Below are positions 44,890-59,500 of a stretch of 64,000 bases of DNA, one piece after another. The notes beneath the pieces were generated by a model that worked only from the letters and a program-made list of their open reading frames with translations, did not search any database and had not been told where the DNA came from. Made by a program: the position numbers and the translations under genes. This DNA is from Gammaproteobacteria bacterium. GTDB taxonomy: Bacteria > Pseudomonadota > Gammaproteobacteria > Steroidobacterales > Steroidobacteraceae. The stretch spans positions 5,862 through 69,861 of the forward strand of contig VGVB01000008.1 in NCBI GenBank assembly GCA_016882265.1, written 5' to 3'. Every line of letters begins with the position of its first letter. Positions within the stretch are counted from its first letter, which is position 1.

Positions 44890-46161
44890 ATGAGCCGGAC
44901 CCTGCAGGCGGTGCGCGGCATGAACGACCTGCTGCCGGCGGCGCTGCCGCTGTGGCAGTTCGTCGAGCGGCAGGCGCGCGAGCTGTTCGCCGCGTACGGC
45001 TACCAGGAGATGCGCGTGCCGCTGGTCGAGCACGCCGACCTGTTCCAGCGCTCGATCGGCGAACAGACCGACATCGTTGAGAAGGAGATGTACACCTTCG
45101 AGGACCGCGGTGGCGACCGCCTGAGCCTGCGTCCCGAGGCGACCGCCGGACTGGTGCGCGCGGCGATCGAGAACGGCCTGCTGCACAACCAGCGGCACCG
45201 GCTGTGGACCAGCGGGCCGATGTTCCGGCACGAGCGGCCGCAGCAGGGCCGCTACCGCCAGTTCCACCAGATCGACTGCGAGGCCTTCGGCTACGAGGGC
45301 CCGGACATCGACGCCGAGATGATCCTGCTGTCGGCGCGATTGTGGCAGCGGCTCGGCCTCGGCGGCCTGCGGCTGCGGATCAACTCGCTCGGCACGCCGG
45401 AGTCGCGGCGCGAATACCGCGCGCAGCTCGTCGACTACTTTACCCGGCACCGCGACCAGCTCGACGCCGACAGCCTGCGGCGCCTCGACGGCAACCCGCT
45501 CCGGATCCTCGATTCGAAGAACCCGGCGCTGGCCGCAATCGTCGCCGGTGCGCCGGCGCTCACCGAGCACCTCGATCCGGCCTCGCGCGAGCACTTCGAA
45601 CGCTTCCAGCAACTGCTCGCGGCCGGCGGCATCGACTTCACCATCGACCAACGCCTGGTGCGCGGGCTCGACTACTACTCGCGCACCGTGTTCGAGTGGA
45701 CCACGACCGCGCTCGGTGCCCAGGATGCCGTCTGCTCGGGGGGACGTTATGATGGCCTCGTCGCGCAGCTCGGCGGCGAGCCGACCCCGGCGGTTGGCTG
45801 GGCGCTCGGTGTCGAACGACTGGTCAGCCTGCTGCAGGCCAGCGGCATCGCGGCGCCGCCGGGCCCGCCCGGGGTCTATGTCGTGCTGGCCGGCGAGCGC
45901 GCACTGCTTGCGGGTCTGCCGCTGGCCGAGCGGCTGCGGGCAGCGCTGCCAGGCGTGACGGTCGAGGTGAACCTCGGTGGCGGCGGTTTCAAGGCGCAGT
46001 TGCGGCGCGCGGACCGCAGTGGTGCACGGCTGGCCCTGATCCTCGGCGATGACGAGGTCGCGCGCGGTGTGGCGGCGCTCAAGGATCTGCGCGGCGCGGG
46101 CCCGCAGCAGGATTGCGCCTGGGACGAACTGCCGGCGCGGCTGCGCGCGCTGCTGGAGTAA
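44890..46161 (+). CDS. hisS: Histidine--tRNA ligase
   Basis: RGMND, KEMYTF, LRPEAT, FRHERPQQGRYRQFHQ, LVRGLDYY, GGRYDGL. Confidence 0.98.
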   Translation: MSRTLQAVRGMNDLLPAALPLWQFVERQARELFAAYGYQEMRVPLVEHADLFQRSIGEQTDIVEKEMYTFEDRGGDRLSLRPEATAGLVRAAIENGLLHNQRHRLWTSGPMFRHERPQQGRYRQFHQIDCEAFGYEGPDIDAEMILLSARLWQRLGLGGLRLRINSLGTPESRREYRAQLVDYFTRHRDQLDADSLRRLDGNPLRILDSKNPALAAIVAGAPALTEHLDPASREHFERFQQLLAAGGIDFTIDQRLVRGLDYYSRTVFEWTTTALGAQDAVCSGGRYDGLVAQLGGEPTPAVGWALGVERLVSLLQASGIAAPPGPPGVYVVLAGERALLAGLPLAERLRAALPGVTVEVNLGGGGFKAQLRRADRSGARLALILGDDEVARGVAALKDLRGAGPQQDCAWDELPARLRALLE

Positions 46162-46164
46162 GGG

Positions 46165-46812
46165 ATGGTCGACGAATATCTGTCCGAGCGCGAACAGGCC
46201 GAGCTGCTGCGCCAGTGGCTGCGCGAGAACTGGCTGTGGCTGTTCAGCGGCATCGCACTCGGACTCGGCGGCCTGTACGGTTATCGCTGGTGGGAGGGCC
46301 ATCACGAGCAACGCTCGCTGGCCGCGGAGCAGCGCTTCACCGCGATGCTCGCGGCGCTGGAACGCAATGCCCGCGATGAAGGTGTGCGCATCGCCGGCGA
46401 AATCACCGGCGAGTACGACGATACACCCTATGCGGACCAGACGACGCTGGTGCTGGCGCGGCTCGACGTCGAGGCCGGCGTGCTGGCGCAGGCGGCCAAT
46501 CGTCTCGGCAGCGTCATGAATACCTCGCGCGACCCGGAACTGGCGCTGGTCGCCCGGCTGCGCCTCGCGCGCGTGCAGCTTGCGCAGGGTCAGTACGACG
46601 CCGCGCTGGCCACGCTCGACGGCGCGAAACCGGCGGCCGCCGCAGCGCGCGTGGCCGAGCTGCGCGGCGATGTGCTGCAGGCGCGCGGCGACCTGGCCGG
46701 GGCGCTCGCCGCCTACCAGCAGGCGCAGCAGGCCGCGGCCGGCGGCCAGGTCGACCCGGAGCTGCTGGCGCTGAAGATCGAGTCGCTGGCCGCGCAACAG
46801 AAGGTGGAGTGA
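46165..46812 (+). CDS. yfgM: YfgM family TPR membrane protein
   Basis: WLREN followed by a TM segment, ARLRLARV, ELRGD; lies between hisS and bamB. Confidence 0.88.
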   Translation: MVDEYLSEREQAELLRQWLRENWLWLFSGIALGLGGLYGYRWWEGHHEQRSLAAEQRFTAMLAALERNARDEGVRIAGEITGEYDDTPYADQTTLVLARLDVEAGVLAQAANRLGSVMNTSRDPELALVARLRLARVQLAQGQYDAALATLDGAKPAAAAARVAELRGDVLQARGDLAGALAAYQQAQQAAAGGQVDPELLALKIESLAAQQKVE

Positions 46813-46815
46813 GCG

Positions 46816-47976
46816 ATGCGCATCACGAGACAGACGGGCCTGTTGCTGCTGTGTGCAGTCCTCGCGGCCTGCGGCAAGGGCAAGGAGAAGGATATCGATC
46901 CGCCGGCCGAGCTGGTCGGGTTCAGCGCGCGCATCGACGTCGCGCGCGCCTGGAGCGGCGGCGGCGGTGGTGGCGAAGAAGTGCTGCGCCTCGGCCTGCG
47001 CCCGGCGGTCGCGGATGGGGTCGCCTATGTCGCGGGCTACGGCGGCGCGATCGAGGCGTTCGATCTCGCCACCGGCCGCGCGAAGTGGCGCTACTCGGGC
47101 AAGCTGCCGTTCGGCGGCGGGCCCGGGATCGGCGAAGGCCTGGTCGCGGCCGGCTCCGTCGCGGGCGACGTCGTGGCGCTCGAGGCCGCGACCGGCAGCC
47201 AGCGCTGGCGGGTGACGGTCGGCGGCGAAGTGCTGTCCGCGCCGGCGATCGGCGGCGGGCTGGTCGTGGTGCGGACGGTGGACGGGCGAGTCCGCGGACT
47301 GCGTGCGGCCGACGGCAGCGAGGCCTGGAACTACGAACAGCCGGTGCCGCGCCTGACCCTGCGTGGCAGCGGCGGGCCGGTGATCCACGGCGACCTCGTG
47401 CTGACCGGCTTCGACAACGGCCGCGTGGCCGCGCTGGCGCTGGCGAGCGGCGACCTGCTGTGGACCGCGACGGTCGCTCCGGCCAAAGGTCGCACCGAGA
47501 TCGAACGGCTGGTGGATATCGATTCGACCGTCGCCGTCGTCGGTGAGGACGTGTTCGTCGTCGGCTTCCAGGGCCGGGTCGCGATGCTCGCGCTGGAGTC
47601 CGGCCAGATCTGGTGGGCGCGCGAACTCTCGAGCCATCGCGGACTGGCCGCGGACGAGGACAAGCTGTACGTGACGCTCGCCGACAGCACGGTCGTCGCG
47701 CTGCGGCGCCGCGACGGCACCGAGGTCTGGCGCCAGGCGCAGTTCCTGAACCGGGCGCTGTCCGCGCCGGCGGTGAATGGCGAGCTGCTCGCGGTCGGCG
47801 ACTTCGAGGGCCACGTGCACTGGCTCGACACGGCGACCGGCGCGGTGGTCGGCCGCGCCAAAGCCGGCGGCAGCCGGATCAGTAACCGCCCGGTGGCGGC
47901 CGGGGATCTGTGGCTGGTGCAGTCCGACTCCGGCGCCGCCCACGCACTGCGTACGCGACCCCGCGCCAGCGGGTGA
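46816..47976 (+). CDS. bamB: Outer membrane assembly lipoprotein BamB
   Basis: Lipobox LAAC, PQQ-type propeller repeats, [16 protein letters not shown]. Confidence 0.94.
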   Translation: MRITRQTGLLLLCAVLAACGKGKEKDIDPPAELVGFSARIDVARAWSGGGGGGEEVLRLGLRPAVADGVAYVAGYGGAIEAFDLATGRAKWRYSGKLPFGGGPGIGEGLVAAGSVAGDVVALEAATGSQRWRVTVGGEVLSAPAIGGGLVVVRTVDGRVRGLRAADGSEAWNYEQPVPRLTLRGSGGPVIHGDLVLTGFDNGRVAALALASGDLLWTATVAPAKGRTEIERLVDIDSTVAVVGEDVFVVGFQGRVAMLALESGQIWWARELSSHRGLAADEDKLYVTLADSTVVALRRRDGTEVWRQAQFLNRALSAPAVNGELLAVGDFEGHVHWLDTATGAVVGRAKAGGSRISNRPVAAGDLWLVQSDSGAAHALRTRPRASG

Positions 47977-47998
47977 TCTGCGCCCGCTGGTCGCCCCG

Positions 47999-49387
47999 AT
48001 GCTGCCCGTTATCGCGCTCGTGGGGCGGCCGAACGTCGGCAAGTCCACGCTGTTCAACGCGCTGACCGGGACCCGCGACGCGCTGGTCGCGGACGAGCCC
48101 GGCCTGACCCGCGACCGCCAGTACGGTTTTGGCCAGTCGGGCGAGGCGCGCTTCATCGTCGTTGATACCGGCGGTCTGGTCGAGTCACCGCGCGGCGTCG
48201 AGGAGCCAATGGCGCGGCAGACGCTGCGCGCGGTCGAGGAAGCGGATCGGGTCGTGCTGCTGGTGGACGGCCAGCAGGGTCTCGTCAGTGCCGACCGCTT
48301 CGTGGCCGAGGTGTTGCGCCGCAGCGGCCGGCCGGTGACGGTCGCGGTCAACAAGAGCGAGGACCGCGATCCGGTGCTCGCGGTGGCCGAGTTCCACGCG
48401 CTCGGGCTCGGCGAGCCACTCGCGCTCTCGGCCGCGCACCGCCGCGGGGTCGCGGATCTGCTCGAACGGGTGCTGGCGGGCTGGGAGTTTCCGGCCACCG
48501 CGCCCGCGCCGCAGGCCACGGACGCGATCCGGGTCTGCGTGGTCGGCCGGCCCAACGTCGGCAAGAGCACGCTGATCAACCGGTTGCTCGGCGAGGATCG
48601 CCTCGTCGCCTTCGACGAGCCCGGCACGACGCGCGACACCGTCGCGGTGCCATTCGAGCGCGACGGCCAGGCCTACGTGCTGATCGACACCGCCGGCGTG
48701 CGGCGCCGGGCCAGGGTCGAAGAGGGGGTCGAGCGGTTCAGCGTGATCAGGACGCTGCAGGCGATTGACGGTGCGCACGTCGTCATCGGCGTGCTGGACG
48801 CGCGCGACTCGGTCGCCGAGCAGGACGCGACGCTGCTCGGCCTGGTCGCCGAGCGCGGCCGGGCGCTCGCGATCGCGGTCAACAAGTGGGACCACGTCGC
48901 GGCCGAGCAGCGCGATCGGATCCGCGAGCAGCTGGCCGAGCGCCTGCGTTTTCTCGACTTCGCGCCGCTACACTTCATCTCGGCGCTGCACGGCAGCGGC
49001 GTCGGCGAACTGATGGATTCGGTGCGCCGGGCCTATGCGGCGGCGATGCGCGAACTGCCGACCCCGGAGCTGACCCGCGTCCTCGAGGCGGCGATCAGCC
49101 GGCACCAGCCGCCGCTGCTGCGCGGGCGCCGCATCCGCCTGCGCTATGCGCACCAGGGCGGGCGCAATCCGCCGCTCATTGTCGTGCACGGCGCGCAGGC
49201 CGAGCGCACGCCGGAGGACTACCGGCGCTATCTGATGCACTGCTTCCGCGAGGCTTTCCGCCTGGCCGGCACGCCGGTGCGGATCGAGTTCCGCACCGAG
49301 GGCAACCCCTACGCCGGGCGGCGCAACGTGCTGACGCCGCGGCAGCGGCGGCGGCGCGAGCGGGTGCAGCGGCACTCGCGGCGTTGA
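47999..49387 (+). CDS. der: Ribosome biogenesis GTPase Der/EngA
   Basis: Two GRPNVGKS domains, DTGG/DTAG, NKWD, YAHQGG.NPP. Confidence 0.97.
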   Translation: MLPVIALVGRPNVGKSTLFNALTGTRDALVADEPGLTRDRQYGFGQSGEARFIVVDTGGLVESPRGVEEPMARQTLRAVEEADRVVLLVDGQQGLVSADRFVAEVLRRSGRPVTVAVNKSEDRDPVLAVAEFHALGLGEPLALSAAHRRGVADLLERVLAGWEFPATAPAPQATDAIRVCVVGRPNVGKSTLINRLLGEDRLVAFDEPGTTRDTVAVPFERDGQAYVLIDTAGVRRRARVEEGVERFSVIRTLQAIDGAHVVIGVLDARDSVAEQDATLLGLVAERGRALAIAVNKWDHVAAEQRDRIREQLAERLRFLDFAPLHFISALHGSGVGELMDSVRRAYAAAMRELPTPELTRVLEAAISRHQPPLLRGRRIRLRYAHQGGRNPPLIVVHGAQAERTPEDYRRYLMHCFREAFRLAGTPVRIEFRTEGNPYAGRRNVLTPRQRRRRERVQRHSRR

Positions 49388-49464
49388 CCGGCCCGGCACC
49401 GGCGGATTCCTCGCTGAACCCGGCAGATTTGCACACCATCCGCCACATGCTGAACCGGTAGCTT

Positions 49465-49498
49465 GGCTCCCGCGGCAGGAGGTCCTGCCCGGGAGGCC
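49465..49498 (+). promoter_or_regulatory. Hairpin sequestering the hlyB Shine-Dalgarno
   Basis: CTCCCG-C-GGCAGGA-GG-TCCTGCC-CGGGAG; the 3' arm carries GGGAGG ahead of a TTG start. Confidence 0.5.
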
Positions 49499-49503
49499 TG
49501 TTC

Positions 49504-51618
<2,115 letters not shown>

Positions 51619-51621
51619 GCG

Positions 51622-52995
51622 ATGCAGATCCGCTGCATCCAGGACTGGTTGACGCGGCGCCGGGCGCAACGGGCCGCGGACCGTCGCGACGAGCTCGCCT
51701 TCCTGCCGGCCGCGCTCGAACTGCGGGACACTCCGCCAGCGCCCGCCGGCCGGGCCGTGCTGTGGACGATCGCCGGCCTTTGTGTATCCGCGGTCGCCTG
51801 GGCCAGCGCGGGGCGGGTCGATATCGTCGCCGTCGCGCCCGGACGTTTGCTGCCCGCCGGTCATGTCCGGACGGTCCAGTCGCCCGGCAGCGGAACCGTA
51901 CGCGCGATCCACGTCCGTGATGGCCAGCAGGTAGTGCAGGGCCAGGTCCTGATCGAGCTCGACCCGGCGCTGGCGGAGGCCGACCGGACCGCCAGCGAGG
52001 TCCGCCTGCAGGGTATGGAGTTCGAGCTGGCCCGCCAGCGCGCCTTCCTCCACTGGCTCGGGGCCGCCTCCGCGGAGCCCGGGTCGCGGCTCGGCGTGCG
52101 CGAGCTGCCGGCGCTGCAGCGCGCAATCCTCGAACAGTCCGCTGCGGAGTATCAGAGCCGGCGGGCGGCAAACCGGCAGGCCATGCTCCGGCGTGAGGCC
52201 GACCGCGAGGCGACGCGACGCCAGGTCGGCAAGCTGGAGCGGACCTTGCCGCTGGTGGCGCGGCGGACCGCAGCGGTCCGCGAGCTGGCCGAGCGCGACC
52301 TGCTGCCGCGGCTGCAGCATGTCGAGCTCGAGCAGCAGCGCATTGCAGTGGAAGAGGACCTCGCGGCCGCGCGCGCCGGGCTGGCCTCGATCGAGGCCGC
52401 GATCGCCGAGCTGACCAGTCAGCGACGCGAGCTCGAATCCGGCACGCGGCGCACGACACTGCAGCGGATCGCGGAACTCGAGCAGCTCGTGGCAGAAGCC
52501 TGGCAGCAGCAGTTCAGGACCGCGCGGCTGGTTGCACAACAGGCGCTGGTGGCACCGGTCGGAGGCGAAGTGCAGCAGCTTGCCGTACACACGATCGGCG
52601 CCGTCGTCGGGCCCGGACAGCCGCTGCTGGTCATCGTCCCGGCGGGCGAACCACTCGAGGTGGAGGCCCGGATCCTCAACCGCGACATCGGTTTCGTCCG
52701 CGAAGGTCAGGCGGCCGGCATCAAGGTCGAGGCGTTTCCATTCACCCGTTACGGAATCCTCCCGGGGCAGATCGTCGCGATCAGCGAAGACGCGACTCCG
52801 GACGAGCAACTCGGTCCGGTGTATGTCGCCCGGGTCCGGCCGCAACGCGCGGTGCTGGAAGCCGAGGGCCGGCCGGTCGCGCTGACGTCCGGAATGGCCG
52901 TCAGCGTGGAAATCCTGACCGGCCGCCGCAGTCTGCTCGACTACGTGCTGTCGCTGTTGTCACGGCACCTGCAAGAAAGCGTACGCGAGCGCTGA
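51622..52995 (+). CDS. hlyD: Type I secretion membrane fusion protein, HlyD family
   Basis: FLPAALEL..TP, long coiled coil, KVEAFPFTRYG, GMAVSVEILTGRR. Confidence 0.94.
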   Translation: MQIRCIQDWLTRRRAQRAADRRDELAFLPAALELRDTPPAPAGRAVLWTIAGLCVSAVAWASAGRVDIVAVAPGRLLPAGHVRTVQSPGSGTVRAIHVRDGQQVVQGQVLIELDPALAEADRTASEVRLQGMEFELARQRAFLHWLGAASAEPGSRLGVRELPALQRAILEQSAAEYQSRRAANRQAMLRREADREATRRQVGKLERTLPLVARRTAAVRELAERDLLPRLQHVELEQQRIAVEEDLAAARAGLASIEAAIAELTSQRRELESGTRRTTLQRIAELEQLVAEAWQQQFRTARLVAQQALVAPVGGEVQQLAVHTIGAVVGPGQPLLVIVPAGEPLEVEARILNRDIGFVREGQAAGIKVEAFPFTRYGILPGQIVAISEDATPDEQLGPVYVARVRPQRAVLEAEGRPVALTSGMAVSVEILTGRRSLLDYVLSLLSRHLQESVRER

Positions 52996-53030
52996 GCATC
53001 GGCATCGATGGCCAATCGGGGAGAGAGCCC

Positions 53031-53492
53031 ATGTTGCGCAGTCTGAATGTGTTCGTTGCGATCCTGGTCACGGCTGGAACCGTCACCGTACTGGCCTGCG
53101 GCACGCTGCTGACCCTGCTGTTCACGCGGCTGTCGCAGATATGGCCCGTACTGGCACTGGGTTCCCTGTCCGCCGGGTACTACGTCGCTGGCATCGTCGG
53201 CCTCGCCGTTCCGACCTGGATATGGTGGCGGCATGGGCTGATTCCGCCGGCGGTGCTGCCCGGCTGTGAGAAGCGGCTGCGGCGCGGCGAACGGATGCTG
53301 GCCGTGGCGAATGTCGTATTCCTGGTGAGCTTCGTCGGACCGTTCGTGGCGTCCGCCATCATGAAGAACCCGCTGCTCCCCTGGCTGGCGATCTACGGCT
53401 TCCTCGCGCTGCCGCTGTGCGTGGTGGCCTGGTGTCTCGGCCTGCACTACATCAGTTCTTCACGCGATCGCTCGAGGGCCTGGCGACGCTGA
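53031..53492 (+). CDS. Small multi-pass membrane protein, candidate immunity or accessory protein
   Basis: Purine-rich SD; about 4 hydrophobic segments; fills the gap between hlyD and the RTX gene. Confidence 0.65.
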   Translation: MLRSLNVFVAILVTAGTVTVLACGTLLTLLFTRLSQIWPVLALGSLSAGYYVAGIVGLAVPTWIWWRHGLIPPAVLPGCEKRLRRGERMLAVANVVFLVSFVGPFVASAIMKNPLLPWLAIYGFLALPLCVVAWCLGLHYISSSRDRSRAWRR

Positions 53493-53544
53493 TCGCCGCT
53501 CACGGTGGCCATGAAGGCCGCCAGCAACCGCTACGGAGGGTGTC

Positions 53545-56500
53545 ATGGTCACGAACGAAGAATATGCAGCGATGTCGGCGGCTGTGTACGGCGCCGCACC
53601 GGGCAACCGTCTGGTCGTCGAGGGCTGGACCGCCGACGAGGTCGGGTTGCCGCCCTGGCTGTTCCTCGGTTTCAAGTACGGAATCTATACGCGGGGCACC
53701 GGCAGCGAACGCGAGATCGTGATCGCCTACGCCGGCACGGATCGCGGCTTCAATCCGGACCTGCTGTCGGGCTTCTTCGGCGTCAGCGGTCAGCCTCTGC
53801 CATCGCAGTTGACTCAGGCCGCGGTCGTTTACGCAATGGTGCGCCGGGACTTCCCCGGTGTACCGGCCGAAAACATCTCGTTTACCGGCCACTCGCTCGG
53901 CGGCGGGCTGGCCTCGGTGATGGCGGTGTGGTTCGACCACCCGGCGACCGTGTTCGCGCCCGCGCCGTTCGAGTACTCGGCCCAGGGCAGTGCCGCGGAG
54001 TGGACCGCCGATCTGGCGCGATTCGCGCTGCTGATCACACCCGGGCTGCAGAATGCGGACGACCTGCTGGTCTTCGATCCGGACCGCGATTTCGCAGCGC
54101 GCGAAGCCAACGTGACCAGCTTATCGATCACGGGTGAAGTGCTCGAGCGATTCCTGAGCTGGCTGCCGACGATCGAAGGCACGGCTCATGAAATCGATCT
54201 CGGCGACAGCCCGCTCAGTCCGTTCCAGCGACATGGTATCGACCTGCACGCGGCAACGATCATGGACGAGGACTTCCGCCGGGCGCTGGCCGGACTGCCG
54301 GCCGCCGGCCCCCTGCTGTTCGACGAGTCACTCTATGCAGCCTCCATTGACGATGACCAGCGCCGCGACTTTCTGCGCATGCTGCTGCAACGCCATGCTG
54401 ACGGCGCGCTGCACGGCTTCGCGCTCGACCTGCAGGCGCTCGGCGGTACTGGCCGCCCGGAGGCGCTGACCGAGGGGCTCGTGGCCGCGGTGATGGACCG
54501 CTACATGCTGGCGCCCGCGGGCGAGGTGGCGCCCGTTGCGACACCGGTCGCCGGCGGCGTGCATCTGGCGCTGCCAGCCTCCGACGCGCCGGGCGGACAG
54601 CGACTGGCCAGTGCGCTTGCGGAACAGATGGAGGGTGATGACCGCTACGCCGTGCTCGAGTGGCTGCCGTCGACGACGGACTGGTACGTGGCGAGCGACG
54701 GGGCCACACCGCTGCAACTGATTGCCGGATCCCGGAACGACGTGCTGATCGGCAGCCCGGTCGGCGATTCACTGGATGGCGGAGCCGGGCGCGACCTGCT
54801 CTGGGGCGGCTCTGGCGACGACCAGCTTGCCGGTGGTGATGACGACGACCTGCTGATTGGCGGCAGCGGCGCCGACGTACTCGACGGCGCTGCCGGCAAC
54901 GATTGCCTGAGCGGCGGTCCGGGCGACGATCGGCTGATTGCCGGCCCCGGGCTCGACATTCTCGATGGCGGTGTCGGCACCGACACCTACGTCGTTACCG
55001 ATGGCTACGGCAATGCCGCGGCGATTCACGACGCGGACGGGCTCGGCTCCATCCAGGTGCTGGGCACCGCCGGCACGCAGGTACTGAGCGGCGACCTCAC
55101 GCCGATTCCGGGTACGGCCGGCGCGTGGCTGTCGACCGCTGGCGATCGCTGGTCCCTCGCGGGACCGAATCTCGACATCCGCCTCGTTGGCGGTGGGCGC
55201 ATTCAGGTCGCGGACTTCGAATCCGGTGAACTCGGATTCGAATTGCCGGGTCCGGCTGTGGCGCAGCCGCCGGGACCGCCGGCCGGTGCGGCGCTGTACT
55301 TCGCCGACGGCGACGGGCCGCACAACGGCCTCGTCTGGGGCGGCTGGTACCAGACCTGGTACGAGAGTCCGGCGCTGCGCGATGCCGCGCTGATCGGAGC
55401 GGAGGACATCGACATCTCGGCGGCGCCACCGGCCGAGGGCCTGATCTCCATCGGCGCCTACGGCGGGGTCGGCGACAGCCGCATCAGCGGCGGGCCGTGG
55501 AACGACTATCTGTTCGACGATCGCTACTACGACGGGACGCGCTGGGTCAACGTGATCGGCATCGCCGGCCGCGACACGCTGATCGGCAACGGCGGTGACG
55601 ACTGGCTCGAGGCCAGCGCCGGCGATGACGTCCTGTTCGGTGGCGACGGCAACGACATCCTGCTCGATTCCGGGCGCGGCAGCGAGGACGCCGGCTTCGG
55701 CGACGTGAGCTGGGTGCGGATCCCGGGCAATTCCAGCAACGACCGGCTGTACGGCGAGGGCGGTGACGACGTGCTTTCGGGCGAGGCCGGCGACGGCTTC
55801 TTCGATGGCGGCGACGGCGCCGATGAACTATACGGCGGTCCGGATGACGACCTGCTGTTCGGCGGTCCGGGTAACGACGTGCTGGGCGGAGACTCGCGCC
55901 TCGATGCGCCGCTCGGGACCAACCTGCTGAACGTCGGCCTCGATCCGGTCCACAGCTTCAGCGGCCAGTGGATCGAGGACGTGGACCATCCGGGTCGCGA
56001 CCTGCTCGAAGGTGGCGACGGCGACGATATCCTGCTCGGCGGCGGCGGCGACGATCTGCTCGGCGGAGGCGCCGGCAACGATCGTCTCCAGGGTGACACG
56101 CTGTTCGTGCCGGCGGGCACCCGTGCCTTGCAGGCCAACCATGGTACGACGCCCATCGCGCTGCACGGCAACGACCTGCTCTCCGGCGACGCCGGTGCGG
56201 ACACGCTGTACGGCGGCGGCGGTGACGACCGCCTGGATGGCGACGACGACGACGATGTCCTGTTCGGTGACGATCATCCGGGGCGCACCGGATCGCCGGC
56301 ACTCGCCGACCCCGGTAACGACCTGCTCGACGGCGGCACCGGCAACGATTCGCTGTATGGCAACGGCGGCAACGACCGCCTGGTCGGCGGCGCAGGCGAC
56401 GATGAGCTGTATGCCGGGCGCGGCGACGACCGTCTCGATGGCGGAGCCGGCGCGGACTATCTGGTCGGCGACGACGTCAGTGATGACGACCCGCTGAACG

Positions 56501-59500
56501 CCGGCCGCGACATCCTGCATGGCGGCGATGATGCGGACCTGCTCTTTGGCCTGGGCGGCGACGATCGGTTGTATGGCGACGCCGGGGACGACCAGCTGGT
56601 CGGTGGAGCCGGCAACGATCTGCTCGAAGGCGGGGAGGGCGACGACTGGCTGTTCGGCGAAGAAGGTAACGACACGCTGCGCGGCGGGCCCGGACAGGAC
56701 CAGTTGCAGGGTGGCGACGGCGACGACGTCCTCGAAGCCGGTACCGGCGATCTGCTGGCGGGCGGTGACCGTCTGTTCGGCGACGGTGGTAACGACCGCT
56801 TCGAGCTGAATGCCGGAGCCGGCAATGTCCAGATCAGCGATACCGCTGGCGACAACCAGCTCGTCTTCGGGGCCGGCGTCGAGCCGGAGCAGGTCCGGGT
56901 CTCGATGTCGAACGGCATCGTCTTCGTGGACTACTCCGCTACCGACTATGCCTTCATGGACACGCCGACTTTCGAACATCTGGCGGCACTCGGCTTCGCC
57001 GACGGTTCGGCGCTCGCTGCGGCGCAGTTGCGCGAACGATTCGCTCCGGGTGCGGTGGTGGATGGCCAACTGGCACTGGCGGAGGGAGTCACGGCTGCCG
57101 AAGTCGGCTGCTTCCGGCGCGGCGACGACTTGCTGCTGACCTACGCCGGAGACGTAGCGGACTGGTGCAACGTCTCGACTCTGGGCCCGCGGAACATTCT
57201 GTTCGAGCGCCGCGATGGCAGCGAGCTGGGGCTCGACGCCGGGACGCAGATTCTCGTCCTCACGAACTGGTACCGCGCGGAGCCTTCGACCTACCTGCGG
57301 GAGTTCGGCGACTGGCAGGGATTCCGGCAGGACTTTACGGCCGCCGCGGCCGCGGCGGATCGCCTTGTCGCCGGTGGTGCCGGGCCGGACTTCCTGATCG
57401 GGTCGGCGGGCACGGACCTGCTGGTCGGCGGCGGCGCGGCCGACACCCTCGACGCCGGCGCAGGCGATGACCGCCTCGCCGGCGGTACCGGTGACGACAT
57501 CCTGTCCGGAGGTGCCGGCGATGACCTCTACACGATTTCGACTGGCGACGGCCTGGACGTGATCGTCGATGCAGCCGGCGCACAGGATGTCGTGCGCTTC
57601 GGCGCCGGCATCGCGGCAGCGGCGCTGACTGTCACTGAATCACCGGCGGGACTGGTCGTGCGGATCGGACCGGAGGATGCGGGCAACGCACTGCTGCTAG
57701 CGGACTGGTCGTTGGGCAGCGAGCGCTCGATCGATCGTTTCGACTTCACCGACGGCACGAGCCTCGATCGTGATCAGGTCGATGCGCTGAACACCGGCAA
57801 TCATTCGCCCCGCATGGTGGCCGCTGTCGCTGAACAGCTCGCCGGCGTTGGCCAGCCGTTCAACTGGACTGTGCCACCGGATGTGTTCGCCGACCAGGAT
57901 GCGGGCGACTCGTTGTCCTGGAGTGCGGGCAATGCGGACGGCGCGGCCCTGCCCGGATGGCTGAGCTTTGATCCGGCCACACGCCGTTTCACCGGTACAC
58001 CGCGGGCTGGCGATGCCGGAACTGTTCCGGTCCGGCTGCAGGTCACCGATACGGGCGGGCTCAGCAGCAACCTCGACCTGACCATCCGCGTGACCGCGGC
58101 GATCGTCGTCACCGGTACCATGGGCGGAGACACACTCAGCGCCGCGAGCGGAGCCGACCATGAGCTTTACGGCCTCGCGGGTAACGACGTCCTGACCGGG
58201 AACGCGGGCGATGACCGGCTCGTCGGAGGTGCCGGCAATGACCGTCTGGACGGCGCCGGCGGCGACGACACCTACCTGTACCAGCGTGGCGATGGCTCGG
58301 ACACGATCGCGCACAACGACCCGTCCGTGAACAAGCTGGACACGCTGCTGTTCGGCAGCGGAATCCTGCCGGAGGATCTCGTGTTCGGATCGGAGCCGGA
58401 CGGCGATCTGGTGATCCGCGTGCGCAATGCCGACGGCTCACTGGCTGCCGAGCCGGCCATCACCGTGGCCGGCGGTCTGGTCGGCGAATCCAGTGCGCGC
58501 AGGATCGACCGGATCACCTGGTCCGACGACCCCGCCGTCCTCGGGCTCGCCGATATCGAGCGGCTGGCGATGGTGCCGACCGAGGGCGACGACTATCTGC
58601 GTGGTTCCTCGGCCGCCGACGATTCGCTCGACGGGCGCGGCGGCGATGACGTCCTGCTCGGACTCGGCGGTGCCGACCTGCTTCACGGTCAGGACGGCAG
58701 CGACTTCCTGCAGGGCGGCGACGGCGATGACCTCCTCGAGGGCGGCGCCGGCCGGGATCAGTTGAACGGCGAGGCCGGGAACGACACCTGCCGCTTTGGT
58801 CGCGGCCAGGGATATGACGAGATCATCGACAGCGCCGGCAGCAACCGGATCGAACTGGACACCGGGATCGCAGCGGGCAATGTCACCCTGTACCGGACCT
58901 CATCGGTCGGGACACTGTCCTCGAGCCAGGAAGCCACGACCTTCGATGACCTGGTCCTGGTTCTCGACGGCGGTCGCGAGCAGATTCGCGTCGAGGGTTT
59001 CTACAACGGGCAGGTACAGCGCCCGCTCGACGAGATCGCCTTTGCCGATGGCAGCCGCTGGCTGGGGCCGGATATCGATGCCCGCGTCGTCAATCTCGGC
59101 GGAGCTGCCAATACGCAGACCGGCCGGAGCCGCAACGACACCTTCACCGTTGACCACCCGGACGACGTGATCGTGGAAAACGCGGGCGGCGGCTTCGATA
59201 CAGTCAACAGCCGCGTGACCTGGACGCTGCCGGCCAACGTCGAGAACCTGACACTGACCGGCCCGTTCCATATCGACGGTTACGGCAACGCCGACGGCAA
59301 CACGCTGACCGGCAATGCCCTCGACAACACGCTGCAGGGCTTCGGCGGGACCGACACACTCTATGGCGGCGCCGGCAACGACACGTTTCCGTTCATGGAC
59401 GACGGTGCCTGGGACAGGCTGTACGGCGGCGCCGGGGACGACGTCTATTACATCGGCACCGAGTCGGTCAATCCCTTCACCACGCCGAACGACGAGGTCT

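Noticed and set aside
44701..48639. 1312-aa minus-strand ORF, and similar long ORFs at 35440-37923, 15552-17969, 17810-20098, 37805-40195 and 50590-52845
   Set aside because: Antisense or alternate-frame shadows of well-supported genes; Arg/Ala/Pro-rich with no motifs, as expected in high-GC DNA.
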